Source: Halobacteriovoraceae bacterium (GTDB lineage: Bacteria; Bdellovibrionota; Bacteriovoracia; Bacteriovoracales; Bacteriovoracaceae). From it: 64,000 bases of DNA. How positions within the stretch are numbered: the stretch's first letter is position 1; the number at the start of each line of letters is the position of its first letter. The stretch covers positions 15,155-79,154 of the forward strand of contig PASN01000012.1 of NCBI GenBank assembly GCA_002711995.1, written 5' to 3'. The notes beneath the pieces are model-generated. The model did not search any database. It was given only the letters and a program-made list of their open reading frames with translations, and was not told where the DNA came from. This document shows, piece by piece, positions 56,102-64,000 of this stretch. Made by a program: the position numbers and the translations under genes.

Positions 56102-58468
56102 TTAAACTTGAATTAGGTTGATTTGATCATCTTTGACCGTAACACTTACTGCTCCAGTCCCCTCTTCACCTTTTAATATAAATTTAGAAAGAGGCCTAAT
56201 CACAAGTCTATTGAATACAGATTGAAGTGGCCTTGCTCCAAACTTTTCATCATACCCAAGCTCGGCAAGTTTACTTTTAGCATCCTCGCTGAACTCAATC
56301 TCCATCTTCTTGGATTTGAGTCTGCTTTGAAGAAGCTTAATCTGCTTCTCAACAAGATTGGCCATAACGTTTTTACCAAGGGGTTTATACTCTAGTCTGG
56401 CATCAAGTCTACCTAGAACTTCTGGTTTAAAGTCTCTTTCAGGATCCTTTGAGTTGGTTGTAAGAATAATAATGGTGTTCTTAAAGTTAATTGTTCTTCC
56501 CTTATTATCTGTAAGCCTTCCATCATCAAGGATTTGCAGAAGAATATCCGAGAAGTCAGGGTGTGCCTTCTCTATCTCATCGAAGAGGACAACTGAGTAT
56601 GGGTGGCGTCTTACTGCCTCAGTAAGCACGCCTCCCTCGTCATAGCCAACATACCCAGCAGGGGCTCCAATAAGCTTGGCCACACTGTGCTTTTCGCTGA
56701 ATTCACTCATATCCAGACGAATCATGTTCTTTTCATCGTCAAACAAATACGACGCCAAACTCTTGGCCGTCTCAGTTTTACCAACACCCGTAGGGCCCAT
56801 TAGCAGGAACGACCCCATCGGACGAGTCTCATCGGTCAGGCCTGCGTAACTCGATAGAAGGGTCTCGCTTATTTCTGTTAACGCCTCCTCTTGACCAAAG
56901 ACTCTTTGGTTGAGTATATCTTCAAGCTTTAAAAGCTCTTCCTGTTTAGACTTCAAGATCTTTTCAACAGGGATTCCAGTGTGACGTGCAATAATATTGG
57001 CTATGTTTTCCTCTCTTAAAATCCAATCATGACTCATACTTTGAAGCTCTTTCTCGGCCTCAGGTAGTAAGTGATACTTGATCTTTGAAGCTTCTTCATA
57101 GTTGGACTCTCTTTCAGCAACCTCAAGATCGAATTTGAGTTTTTCAACTCTGTTTCTAATCTCACTAACCTTTTTCAGGGATCCAACTTGGGCCTCCCAC
57201 TTAACATAACCTTCATCGAACTTCTTTTGAAGTTTATCTATCTCCTGATGAATTTCTTTATTGTCTTTATCAACCTGAGCAAGGATCTTTTTATTTCTAA
57301 TTTCAGACTTTAAAAGTTCAAGCTCAGTAGGCATAGCCTCTGCAGATAGCTTAAGGGCCGAAGCCGACTCATCAATCAAGTCAATTGCTTTATCTGGCAA
57401 GTTCTTGTCCGTAATGTACTGATCAGAAAGCATGACTGAGCTATAAATAGCTTCGTCTGAAATCTTGATACCATGATGCCCCTCAAATTTTTCTTTAAGC
57501 CCCATAAGTATTTCAATAGAGTCCTCTCTAGAGGGCTCGTGAACAGGGACCTGTCTAAACCTTCTCTCAAGTGCTGGATCTTTTAGAATATGCTTTTGAA
57601 ACTCATCCTCTGTGGTGGCCCCAATACAGTGAAGATCTCCTCTTGCAAGAGCTGGTTTTAATAGGTTTGCCGCATCCATTGCTCCCTCAGTTTTTCCAGC
57701 TCCAATTAGTTGGTGAATTTCATCAATGAAAATGATGTATTCACCAGCACCTTCCTTCGCAAATTTTAAAAGATTTTGAACCCTCTCCTCAAACTCACCT
57801 CTAAACTTTGTTCCAGCGAGAAGAGAACCAAGCTCCATGCTATAAACGGTCTTGCCTTTTAATACATCAGGAACCTGCTCTTTTACGATTGCGTCTGCAA
57901 GACCCTCAACGATGGCAGTCTTACCAACCCCCGCAGGCCCAACAAGAACAGGATTGTTTTTTCCTCGCCTGCCAAGAATTTCCATAACAGCTCTAATCTC
58001 TTTGGTTCTTCCAATTACAGGATCTAGCTTACCTTCCTTTGCAAGATCATTGAGGTTCACCAAAAACGAAGGTACTTCAGTCTCTTCCTGCTCACTTCCT
58101 TTTAACTTGGAATAATCAAGATCAAGAGTCGGAAATGTTTGTGGAAGAAACTTCAAAAGGTCTCTCTCCCCCATCTCTTGTCTTACCGATTTTGCAGCAT
58201 TTGCACTTGCCTGGGTAAGCCATCCCGAAAGAGCTCCAGAAGGTCGGATATTTTCAGGATTTAAATCACTTGTAGTGGTTGGAATATGTTGAAGTAGGGC
58301 CTCCACTTTTGGAAGGTCGTCTTTGTAAGTCTTTGCGCTAAAGCTTGATGGATTGGAAATGAGTCCATATAAAAGATGGGCCGGCGCCAACTCAGTATTT
58401 TTACTTTCTATTGCTTTAGATTGCGCGATGTCCAAAGCACCCGCAACAATTTGGTCAAACTTGTTCAT
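56102..58468 (-). CDS. clpB: ClpB-type AAA+ disaggregase (short form)
   Basis: 788 aa. Clp N-domain; NBD1 Walker [19 protein letters not shown]; coiled-coil middle domain; NBD2 [18 protein letters not shown]; sensor GARPL. Confidence 0.9.
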   Translation of the reverse strand: MNKFDQIVAGALDIAQSKAIESKNTELAPAHLLYGLISNPSSFSAKTYKDDLPKVEALLQHIPTTTSDLNPENIRPSGALSGWLTQASANAAKSVRQEMGERDLLKFLPQTFPTLDLDYSKLKGSEQEETEVPSFLVNLNDLAKEGKLDPVIGRTKEIRAVMEILGRRGKNNPVLVGPAGVGKTAIVEGLADAIVKEQVPDVLKGKTVYSMELGSLLAGTKFRGEFEERVQNLLKFAKEGAGEYIIFIDEIHQLIGAGKTEGAMDAANLLKPALARGDLHCIGATTEDEFQKHILKDPALERRFRQVPVHEPSREDSIEILMGLKEKFEGHHGIKISDEAIYSSVMLSDQYITDKNLPDKAIDLIDESASALKLSAEAMPTELELLKSEIRNKKILAQVDKDNKEIHQEIDKLQKKFDEGYVKWEAQVGSLKKVSEIRNRVEKLKFDLEVAERESNYEEASKIKYHLLPEAEKELQSMSHDWILREENIANIIARHTGIPVEKILKSKQEELLKLEDILNQRVFGQEEALTEISETLLSSYAGLTDETRPMGSFLLMGPTGVGKTETAKSLASYLFDDEKNMIRLDMSEFSEKHSVAKLIGAPAGYVGYDEGGVLTEAVRRHPYSVVLFDEIEKAHPDFSDILLQILDDGRLTDNKGRTINFKNTIIILTTNSKDPERDFKPEVLGRLDARLEYKPLGKNVMANLVEKQIKLLQSRLKSKKMEIEFSEDAKSKLAELGYDEKFGARPLQSVFNRLVIRPLSKFILKGEEGTGAVSVTVKDDQINLIQV

Positions 58469-58629
58469 ATGCTTGCTCCTTGTATGTCACATCTTAAAAT
58501 GGGTGCAAAATGGCGACCGTCAAGGTTGAACCACTCAAATTTTAAGTAATTTTGGAATTTTCACACTGCTTCTCGACAAAGATTTCCGCCACTTATAAAC
58601 TTTACTCAAGTTTAACCACAAAGGAATTT

Positions 58630-60321
58630 ATGAAGACTCTACTATGTGTTCTGATGAGCTGCTTTCTAACCCAGGCAGCTGTTGATCTTAGCTCCCCAAG
58701 AGCAACTTTTAAAACATTTTTAAAAGCAATGGTGAATGTTAAAAACAAGCAAAACATAACTGAAGCATACGCCCAGGCCCGAGCAACTCTCGACTTATCT
58801 GGAATTGACCCTGCCGCTCAAAAAGAGGCAGCAATCAAGATCAGCGAATCACTAATTTTTATTTTCGATCGCATGGAGCGAATTGATTACAATAAGATTC
58901 CCACAAATCCTAAAGCGGACACTTGGGTATATAACAAGAAACAACTTGAGCAAAAAAGCATAGAAATAAGTCTCAATAAAGTAGACTCAAAGTGGCTCTT
59001 CTCAAGAGACACAATAAAGTCCATCCCAACATACAGGGAACTTTTAAGAGAAAAGTCCATAGTTGAAGGCGTTGTAAAGTTAAATACTTGGCGAGAGAAG
59101 TTAAGAAACACTCTTCCTCTTTGGAGTCAAAAAGAGATTCTCTTTATCGAAGTTTGGCAGTGGTTTGGGCTACTCTTCCTAGTAATTGTCGCCTACCTAA
59201 TTGAAAAGATTATTTCTTTTATTGGAACAGCAATCATCAATAAAAATGTGCATATCTTTCAAGAGAAACAAACAGAGGTTATAAGAAAGGCAATGGTGCC
59301 GTTTGGTAAAATAATTCTTCTCTACCTAGTATTCATAAACCTTTCATGGCTTGACTTTGAACCAGGAGAACTTGCATTCATTAAAAGAACTATTTACGTC
59401 CTAAGCGCGCTGGCCGCTGTCTGGCTTGGACATAGAGTTGTGGAAATCTTCTCTTTCTACTTCCACGAAAAAGCGTCTTTAACTGAAAGCAAGTTTGACG
59501 ACATCATCATTCCCCTTGCAACCAAGACGACGTTTGTTCTTGTTTATATCTTTGGAATTTTATTGATTGCGGCATCTCTTACAATTGATGTTACGGGCAT
59601 TCTAGCTGGTCTAGGTATTGGTGGTCTGGCATTCGCATTTGCCGCAAAGGACACCCTTGCAAACTTCTTTGGATCAATTATGTTGGTACTTGATCGTCCT
59701 TTCGATATTGGAGATGTTATTACAACAGGAGATATTGAAGGAGTCGTTGTTGAAGTGGGCTTCAGATCCACAAGAATAAGAACTTTTTACGACTCTATAA
59801 TTACTGTCTCCAATGGCGAACTCATGAACAGAGCAATTGATAATAAAGGAAAAAGACGCTACAGAAGACTCAACACCACCTTAGGCCTTGAGGACGACAC
59901 TCCACCTGAAAAAGTGGAGGCGTTCTGTGAAGGTATAAGACAGCTTATCCTATCCAATAAATGGACCAGGAAAGACAACTTCAATGTCTACTTCACAAAC
60001 TTTGGTCCAAGCTCCCTTGATATACAACTTATGGTCTTTTGGGAGACTTCTGAATACTCAAGAGAACAAGCAGAGAAGCATAGACTAATGATTGATGTTC
60101 TAAGACTTGCTAAAGAACTGGAAGTGGGTTTTGCCTTCCCTACTCAAACTGTTCACCTGTTCAATGAAACAGCTAAGCCTGAACATAAAGTGCCTGAGAA
60201 ATATTTCGACGAGGCAATTGGAAGGGCCAAAGGATTACTTGGTAAACCTCTATCCCTCAAGAATCCAAGAAGCAATGCCAACGACGAAGAGCAGTTTGGA
60301 AAGAATGATATTGGAAACTAA
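58630..60321 (+). CDS. mechanosensitive ion channel (MscS) family protein with N-terminal periplasmic extension
   Basis: The ATG at 58630 (AAGGAA SD) gives a signal-like MKTLLCVLMSCFLTQAAV. MscS core: GIGGLAFAFAAKDTLANFFGSIMLVLDRPFDIGDVI...EGVVVEVGFRSTRIRT. Confidence 0.8.
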   Translation: MKTLLCVLMSCFLTQAAVDLSSPRATFKTFLKAMVNVKNKQNITEAYAQARATLDLSGIDPAAQKEAAIKISESLIFIFDRMERIDYNKIPTNPKADTWVYNKKQLEQKSIEISLNKVDSKWLFSRDTIKSIPTYRELLREKSIVEGVVKLNTWREKLRNTLPLWSQKEILFIEVWQWFGLLFLVIVAYLIEKIISFIGTAIINKNVHIFQEKQTEVIRKAMVPFGKIILLYLVFINLSWLDFEPGELAFIKRTIYVLSALAAVWLGHRVVEIFSFYFHEKASLTESKFDDIIIPLATKTTFVLVYIFGILLIAASLTIDVTGILAGLGIGGLAFAFAAKDTLANFFGSIMLVLDRPFDIGDVITTGDIEGVVVEVGFRSTRIRTFYDSIITVSNGELMNRAIDNKGKRRYRRLNTTLGLEDDTPPEKVEAFCEGIRQLILSNKWTRKDNFNVYFTNFGPSSLDIQLMVFWETSEYSREQAEKHRLMIDVLRLAKELEVGFAFPTQTVHLFNETAKPEHKVPEKYFDEAIGRAKGLLGKPLSLKNPRSNANDEEQFGKNDIGN

Positions 60322-60523
60322 AGAACAGTTTCAATAGTTCCAACTTATATCCCCAGAAGACAGGAACCAATCAATACTTCTATTCTTTGGTCCTGTTTTC
60401 TAATAAAGATTTTCTCTTCTCTAGATCTAAATTAAGTGGTGCTTTGGTAGTGTATTAAGAGAAAGGATCAACTTGTCCTAACGAGCTAAGTAGCTTTAAT
60501 CATGTGGTTTATTAAGTTTTTAT

Positions 60524-60550
60524 TAGCATTTATGTCGATTTAGCCGATAT
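60524..60550 (+). promoter_or_regulatory. sigma28-like -10 element GCCGATAT, 7 nt from the ATG (weak -35)
   Basis: GCCGATAT at 60543-60550; ATG at 60558. The -35 region reads TAGC at N15. Confidence 0.35.
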
Positions 60551-60557
60551 ATACAAT

Positions 60558-62435
60558 ATGAATCATACGCCAAAACTGTCTACATTTAGAGTCGTCATCC
60601 TTATCTTCTTCACGGCCCTATTAGGCTCTTGTGGTAAATCAGGCGGAAACCTCAACCTAAACAACTCAGACTCCTCAGGCTCTAGCGATAAGTTTTTAAA
60701 ATCTTTGGGTTTTGAAGCTCCCTACTCTAGTGTTGGAAACGCGGCCACACCAGTCCTAAAAGTTGAAGTCCCAAACAAACTAGGAATTTTACAGCTATTC
60801 TCCGACAGCTCATGTTCAAACTCAAATGTTGTTGGGTATAAATATGTAGATGGAATTGACGACTCTGTAAGTGTCCGTCTTGGAAACCTTCCGGAAGGCA
60901 GTATATCTATATATGCCAAATTTACAGACAAGGATTTGAATGAAAGCTCTTGTAAAAAAGTTCAGGAATATGACCTTTCAAATAAGAGCTACCAAATTCA
61001 AAATATTGTTGCAACATCTGGAGCTTTTGCAGCCATTAGATCGGATGGCTCCGTTGTAACCTGGGGAAACACCTCAGGCGGTGGAGATAGCAACAGCGTA
61101 AGTTCTGAGCTTGATGGCACCACTGCAGTAACCAGCATTTACTCAAACAATAGCGCATTTGCGGCAATTAGAACGGATGGTTCGGTAGTTACTTGGGGAA
61201 GTTCATCCTACGGTAGTGACAGCAGCAGTGTAAGTTCAGATCTCAATGGAACTATTGATGTAGTAAATATTGTTGCAACAGATCGCGCATTTGCAGCAAC
61301 CAGATCAGATGGGTCAGTAGTAACTTGGGGACATTCATCCTACGGTGGAGATAGCGCCAGTGTGAGTTCTGATCTTAACGGAACTAGCGATGTCGTTGAC
61401 ATCGCTACAACACGTCGAGCCTTTGCAGCGATCAGATCAGACGGGTCTGTAATTACATGGGGAGACTCCTCCTATGGTGGAAATAGCAGCACTGTTAGTT
61501 CTGATCTTAACGGAGCAGTTGATGTGACGAGTATTGGATCAACAGCTCGCGCGTTTGCAGCAATCAGATCAGATGGATCTGTAGTAACTTGGGGAGATTC
61601 AAATTATGGAGGAAATAGCACCAGTGTGAGCTCTGAACTTAACGGAACTACAGAGGTGACAGATATTGTTGCAACAGATCGTGCTTTCGCAGCGATCAGA
61701 TCAGATGGGTCTGTAGTAACTTGGGGAGACTCCTCCTACGGAGGAAATAGCACCAGTGTGAGCACCGAACTTAACGGAACTACAGAGGTAACTAATATTG
61801 TGGCAACCTTTTCTGCTTTCGCAGCAATTAGATCCGATGGGTCTGTTGTTACATGGGGAGACGCCTCCCACGGCGGAGACAGCAGCGGAGAAAGTTCTGA
61901 ACTTAATGGGACTATCGGTGTAACGAGTATTTCGGCGATATCTTCTTTTCTTGGCTCCTCTTTCGCAGCAATTAGATCAGATGGATCCGTAGTAACTTGG
62001 GGAAGCTCCTCTAGTGGCGGAGACAGCAGCAGTGTTAGCGCTGAACTTAATGGAACAGTTGCTGTGACAGATATTGTTGCTACAAATGGAGCTTTTGCAG
62101 CAATCAGGTCAGATGGATCAGTAGTCACTTGGGGAGACTCTAATTACGGTGGAGACAGCAACAGTGTGAGTTCTGATTTAGATGGAAGTGTTGCAGTAAC
62201 AAGTATTGCTGCAACCAAAGGTGCTTACGCTGCGGTCAGATCTGATGGAACTGTAGTTACCTGGGGACATGCTATATACGGTGGAGATATCGGCAAGTAT
62301 AAGGCCTACTCAGAAGGCTCTTTCATACATGCGGGAGAATCAAACTTCTGTTCAAAAGATTTTCTTGGAAGACTTTTCTGCTGGGGAGATCCAACTCTCT
62401 CTTTTGATCCACAAATTGTTGGAAGACAGTTTTAG
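60558..62435 (+). CDS. 38-aa-repeat lipoprotein, paralog B (10 repeats)
   Basis: 625 aa with lipobox LLGSCG. Same N-domain (LKSLGFEAPYSSVGNAATPVLKVEVPNKLGILQLFSDSSCSNSNVVGYKYVDG...) and same C-terminal cap (...FCWGDPTLSFDPQIVGRQF). Confidence 0.8.
   Translation: MNHTPKLSTFRVVILIFFTALLGSCGKSGGNLNLNNSDSSGSSDKFLKSLGFEAPYSSVGNAATPVLKVEVPNKLGILQLFSDSSCSNSNVVGYKYVDGIDDSVSVRLGNLPEGSISIYAKFTDKDLNESSCKKVQEYDLSNKSYQIQNIVATSGAFAAIRSDGSVVTWGNTSGGGDSNSVSSELDGTTAVTSIYSNNSAFAAIRTDGSVVTWGSSSYGSDSSSVSSDLNGTIDVVNIVATDRAFAATRSDGSVVTWGHSSYGGDSASVSSDLNGTSDVVDIATTRRAFAAIRSDGSVITWGDSSYGGNSSTVSSDLNGAVDVTSIGSTARAFAAIRSDGSVVTWGDSNYGGNSTSVSSELNGTTEVTDIVATDRAFAAIRSDGSVVTWGDSSYGGNSTSVSTELNGTTEVTNIVATFSAFAAIRSDGSVVTWGDASHGGDSSGESSELNGTIGVTSISAISSFLGSSFAAIRSDGSVVTWGSSSSGGDSSSVSAELNGTVAVTDIVATNGAFAAIRSDGSVVTWGDSNYGGDSNSVSSDLDGSVAVTSIAATKGAYAAVRSDGTVVTWGHAIYGGDIGKYKAYSEGSFIHAGESNFCSKDFLGRLFCWGDPTLSFDPQIVGRQF
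61023..62300 (+). repeat. 114-bp coding tandem repeat array (~10 units; adjacent units near 61.55-61.80 kb nearly identical)
   Basis: Direct comparison of units starting ~61549 and ~61663 shows only scattered substitutions. Confidence 0.85.
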
Positions 62436-62737
62436 AAAGATCGAGGCTATTACGCCTTACCTATGAAAGCCTCATCTCTCAATTGAACATTCCAATAGCT
62501 ATGCCAAAGACAAAGAACAGTCTAAAAAAATAAGAAAACTGAATACTACTTTATAGTGATCCCTCAACAGTCCTTTTAATGTGCCAACTAGTTATATAAT
62601 GTCTGTGTTTAGCATAGAAACAAGCCCGAACCACGAAAATATGCCCAATTTTTTTGCCTTTTTTCATTTCTATTGGAAATAATGGCATTACCTTTAAAAC
62701 CATAAACCCCTGAAATCTATACAGATTAAGTATTTAT

Positions 62738-62766
62738 TTAATGCCAAATAGTATTATAGCCGACAA
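62738..62766 (+). promoter_or_regulatory. sigma28-like -10 element GCCGACAA, 7 nt from the ATG (weak -35)
   Basis: GCCGACAA at 62759-62766; ATG at 62774. The spacing to the ATG is the same as in paralog B. Confidence 0.35.
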
Positions 62767-62773
62767 TATTGCT

Positions 62774-64000
62774 ATGAAGAAAAAGCGTTGTTGTTGTGTA
62801 TGGCCTAAATTTTTACTTTTAACCTTTTTAGCGATTGCTATCTCCTGTGGAAAAAGAGGCGTTAACGTTGAGGTTATTGAGATTGCACCAAATTCATCTG
62901 GAGATCTTGGTTCTAACCTTCTAAGGTCTCTTGGCTTTGCAGGCCCCTACTCCAGTGTTGGAAGTGCGGCTACACCAGTTATTGAAATTGAAGTCCCTAA
63001 TAAACTAGGCATATTGCAACTATTTTCAGACAGCAATTGCTCAAGATCAAACCTTATCGGCTACAAGTACGTGGATGGAAGTGTGGACTCGGTAAGAGTG
63101 CGTCTAGGCAATCTTTCTGAAGGCAGCATTTCTATATACGCTAAATTTACAGACAAAGATTTGAATGAAACCTCATGCAAGAAAATGGATCAGTACGATC
63201 TCTCAAACAAAAATTACCAAATTCAAAGTATTGCTGCAAGCTATGATGCATTTGCAGCAATCAGAGCAGATGGCTCCGTAGTGACTTGGGGAAATTCAGC
63301 AAGCGGCGGAGACAGCAGTGCAGTGAGCTCAGACCTTGATGGCACTACTGCCGTAACCAGCATTTCTGCAACCTTTGGTGCTTTTGCGGCAATTAGAGCG
63401 GATGGTTCCGTAATAACTTGGGGAGATCCTTCAATGGGTGGGGACAGCAGCAGCGTGAGTTCAGAGCTTGACGGCACTATTGCGGTAACCAGTATCTACA
63501 AAACCAATCGTGCTTTTGCGGCAGTTAGGACAGATGGTTCAGTAGTAACTTGGGGATACTCCTCAGAAGGTGGAGATAGCAGCGCAGTGAGTTCTGAGCT
63601 TGACGGCACTACTGCCGTCACCAGCATATATGCGACCAGCGAAGCTTTTGCGGCAATTAGAGCGGATGGATCTGTAGTAACATGGGGAGATTCTTCATAC
63701 GGTGGAGATAGCAGCAGCGTGAGTTCAGAGCTTGATGGCACCACTGCTGTTACCAGTATTGCTGCAAAAGATTATGCTTTTGCAGCAATTAGGACAGATG
63801 GTTCTGTTGTAACCTGGGGAGACCCTTTATATGGCGGGGACAGCAGCAGCGTAAGTTCTGACCTTGATGGCACCACTGCCGTAACCACCATTACTGCAAA
63901 CAAATATGCTTTTGCGGCGATTAGGACAGATGGATCTGTAGTAACCTGGGGAAATTCGTTTGGACATAACGGCACCGTAACCAGTATTTATGCAACCAGC
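62774..64000 (+). CDS. 38-aa-repeat lipoprotein, paralog C (5' part; runs off the right edge)
   Basis: It is not in the ORF track because there is no stop in the window. My translation gives MKKKRCCCVWPKFLLLTFLAIAISCGK..., the same N-domain, then at least 6 AFAAIR(A/T)DGSVVTWG repeats. Confidence 0.8.
   Translation, partial: MKKKRCCCVWPKFLLLTFLAIAISCGKRGVNVEVIEIAPNSSGDLGSNLLRSLGFAGPYSSVGSAATPVIEIEVPNKLGILQLFSDSNCSRSNLIGYKYVDGSVDSVRVRLGNLSEGSISIYAKFTDKDLNETSCKKMDQYDLSNKNYQIQSIAASYDAFAAIRADGSVVTWGNSASGGDSSAVSSDLDGTTAVTSISATFGAFAAIRADGSVITWGDPSMGGDSSSVSSELDGTIAVTSIYKTNRAFAAVRTDGSVVTWGYSSEGGDSSAVSSELDGTTAVTSIYATSEAFAAIRADGSVVTWGDSSYGGDSSSVSSELDGTTAVTSIAAKDYAFAAIRTDGSVVTWGDPLYGGDSSSVSSDLDGTTAVTTITANKYAFAAIRTDGSVVTWGNSFGHNGTVTSIYATS
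63248..64000 (+). repeat. 114-bp coding tandem repeat array (continues beyond the window)
   Basis: Same repeat unit as at 53428-55920 and 61023-62300. Confidence 0.85.

Overview
AT-rich bacterial chromosomal segment with about 55 protein genes, one tRNA, and no rRNA, CRISPR array, transposase or integrase. Gene content is most compatible with a Bdellovibrio-like predatory bacterium (Bacteriovorax/Halobacteriovorax-type): a queA-tgt-yajC-tatA-secD-secF block, many lipoproteins, DUF285/BspA-type 26-residue-repeat proteins and FliA-like promoter motifs. The taxon is inference only. Layout: (1) 1-11.2 kb is a metal-homeostasis block. It holds a partial cytochrome-c/FTR1 iron permease, a DtxR-like repressor, an atypical heavy-metal RND efflux operon (two TolC-like genes, a His-rich mini adaptor) and a CDF transporter. 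(2) 11.7-16.1 kb is a signalling operon: a decayed NtrC-type regulator, a 65-aa H-box-like protein, a DUF985 cupin and a hybrid histidine kinase. (3) 16.1-18.7 kb is a small accessory islet next to tRNA-Cys with an XRE regulator and a two-gene CBASS-like module (2TM/beta-rich effector plus CD-NTase-like nucleotidyltransferase). I rank it the best candidate defence system in the window. (4) 18.7-29.5 kb is housekeeping (DoxX x2, HU/IHF, SecDF, TatA, YajC, Tgt, QueA, ParA-like). (5) 29.7-44.4 kb is a surface-protein island: a Calx-beta lipoprotein, four tandem DUF285 paralogs, a 1500-aa lipoprotein and an OM beta-barrel. (6) 44.5-52.4 kb is housekeeping (2OG oxygenase, YggS, SRPBCC, GlpX, PilZ, PgsA, SerB, LRR protein). 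(7) 53-64 kb holds three paralogous lipoproteins built from a 38-aa (114-bp) 'AFAAIRSDGSVVTWG..GGDSS' repeat, interleaved with clpB and an MscS-family gene. Most large surface-protein genes are preceded by sigma28 (FliA)-like TAAA-N15-nCCGAnAA motifs. Three of these sit only 6-7 nt from the ATG, which implies leaderless mRNAs. All functional calls come from motif recognition in the supplied translations; no database search was possible.
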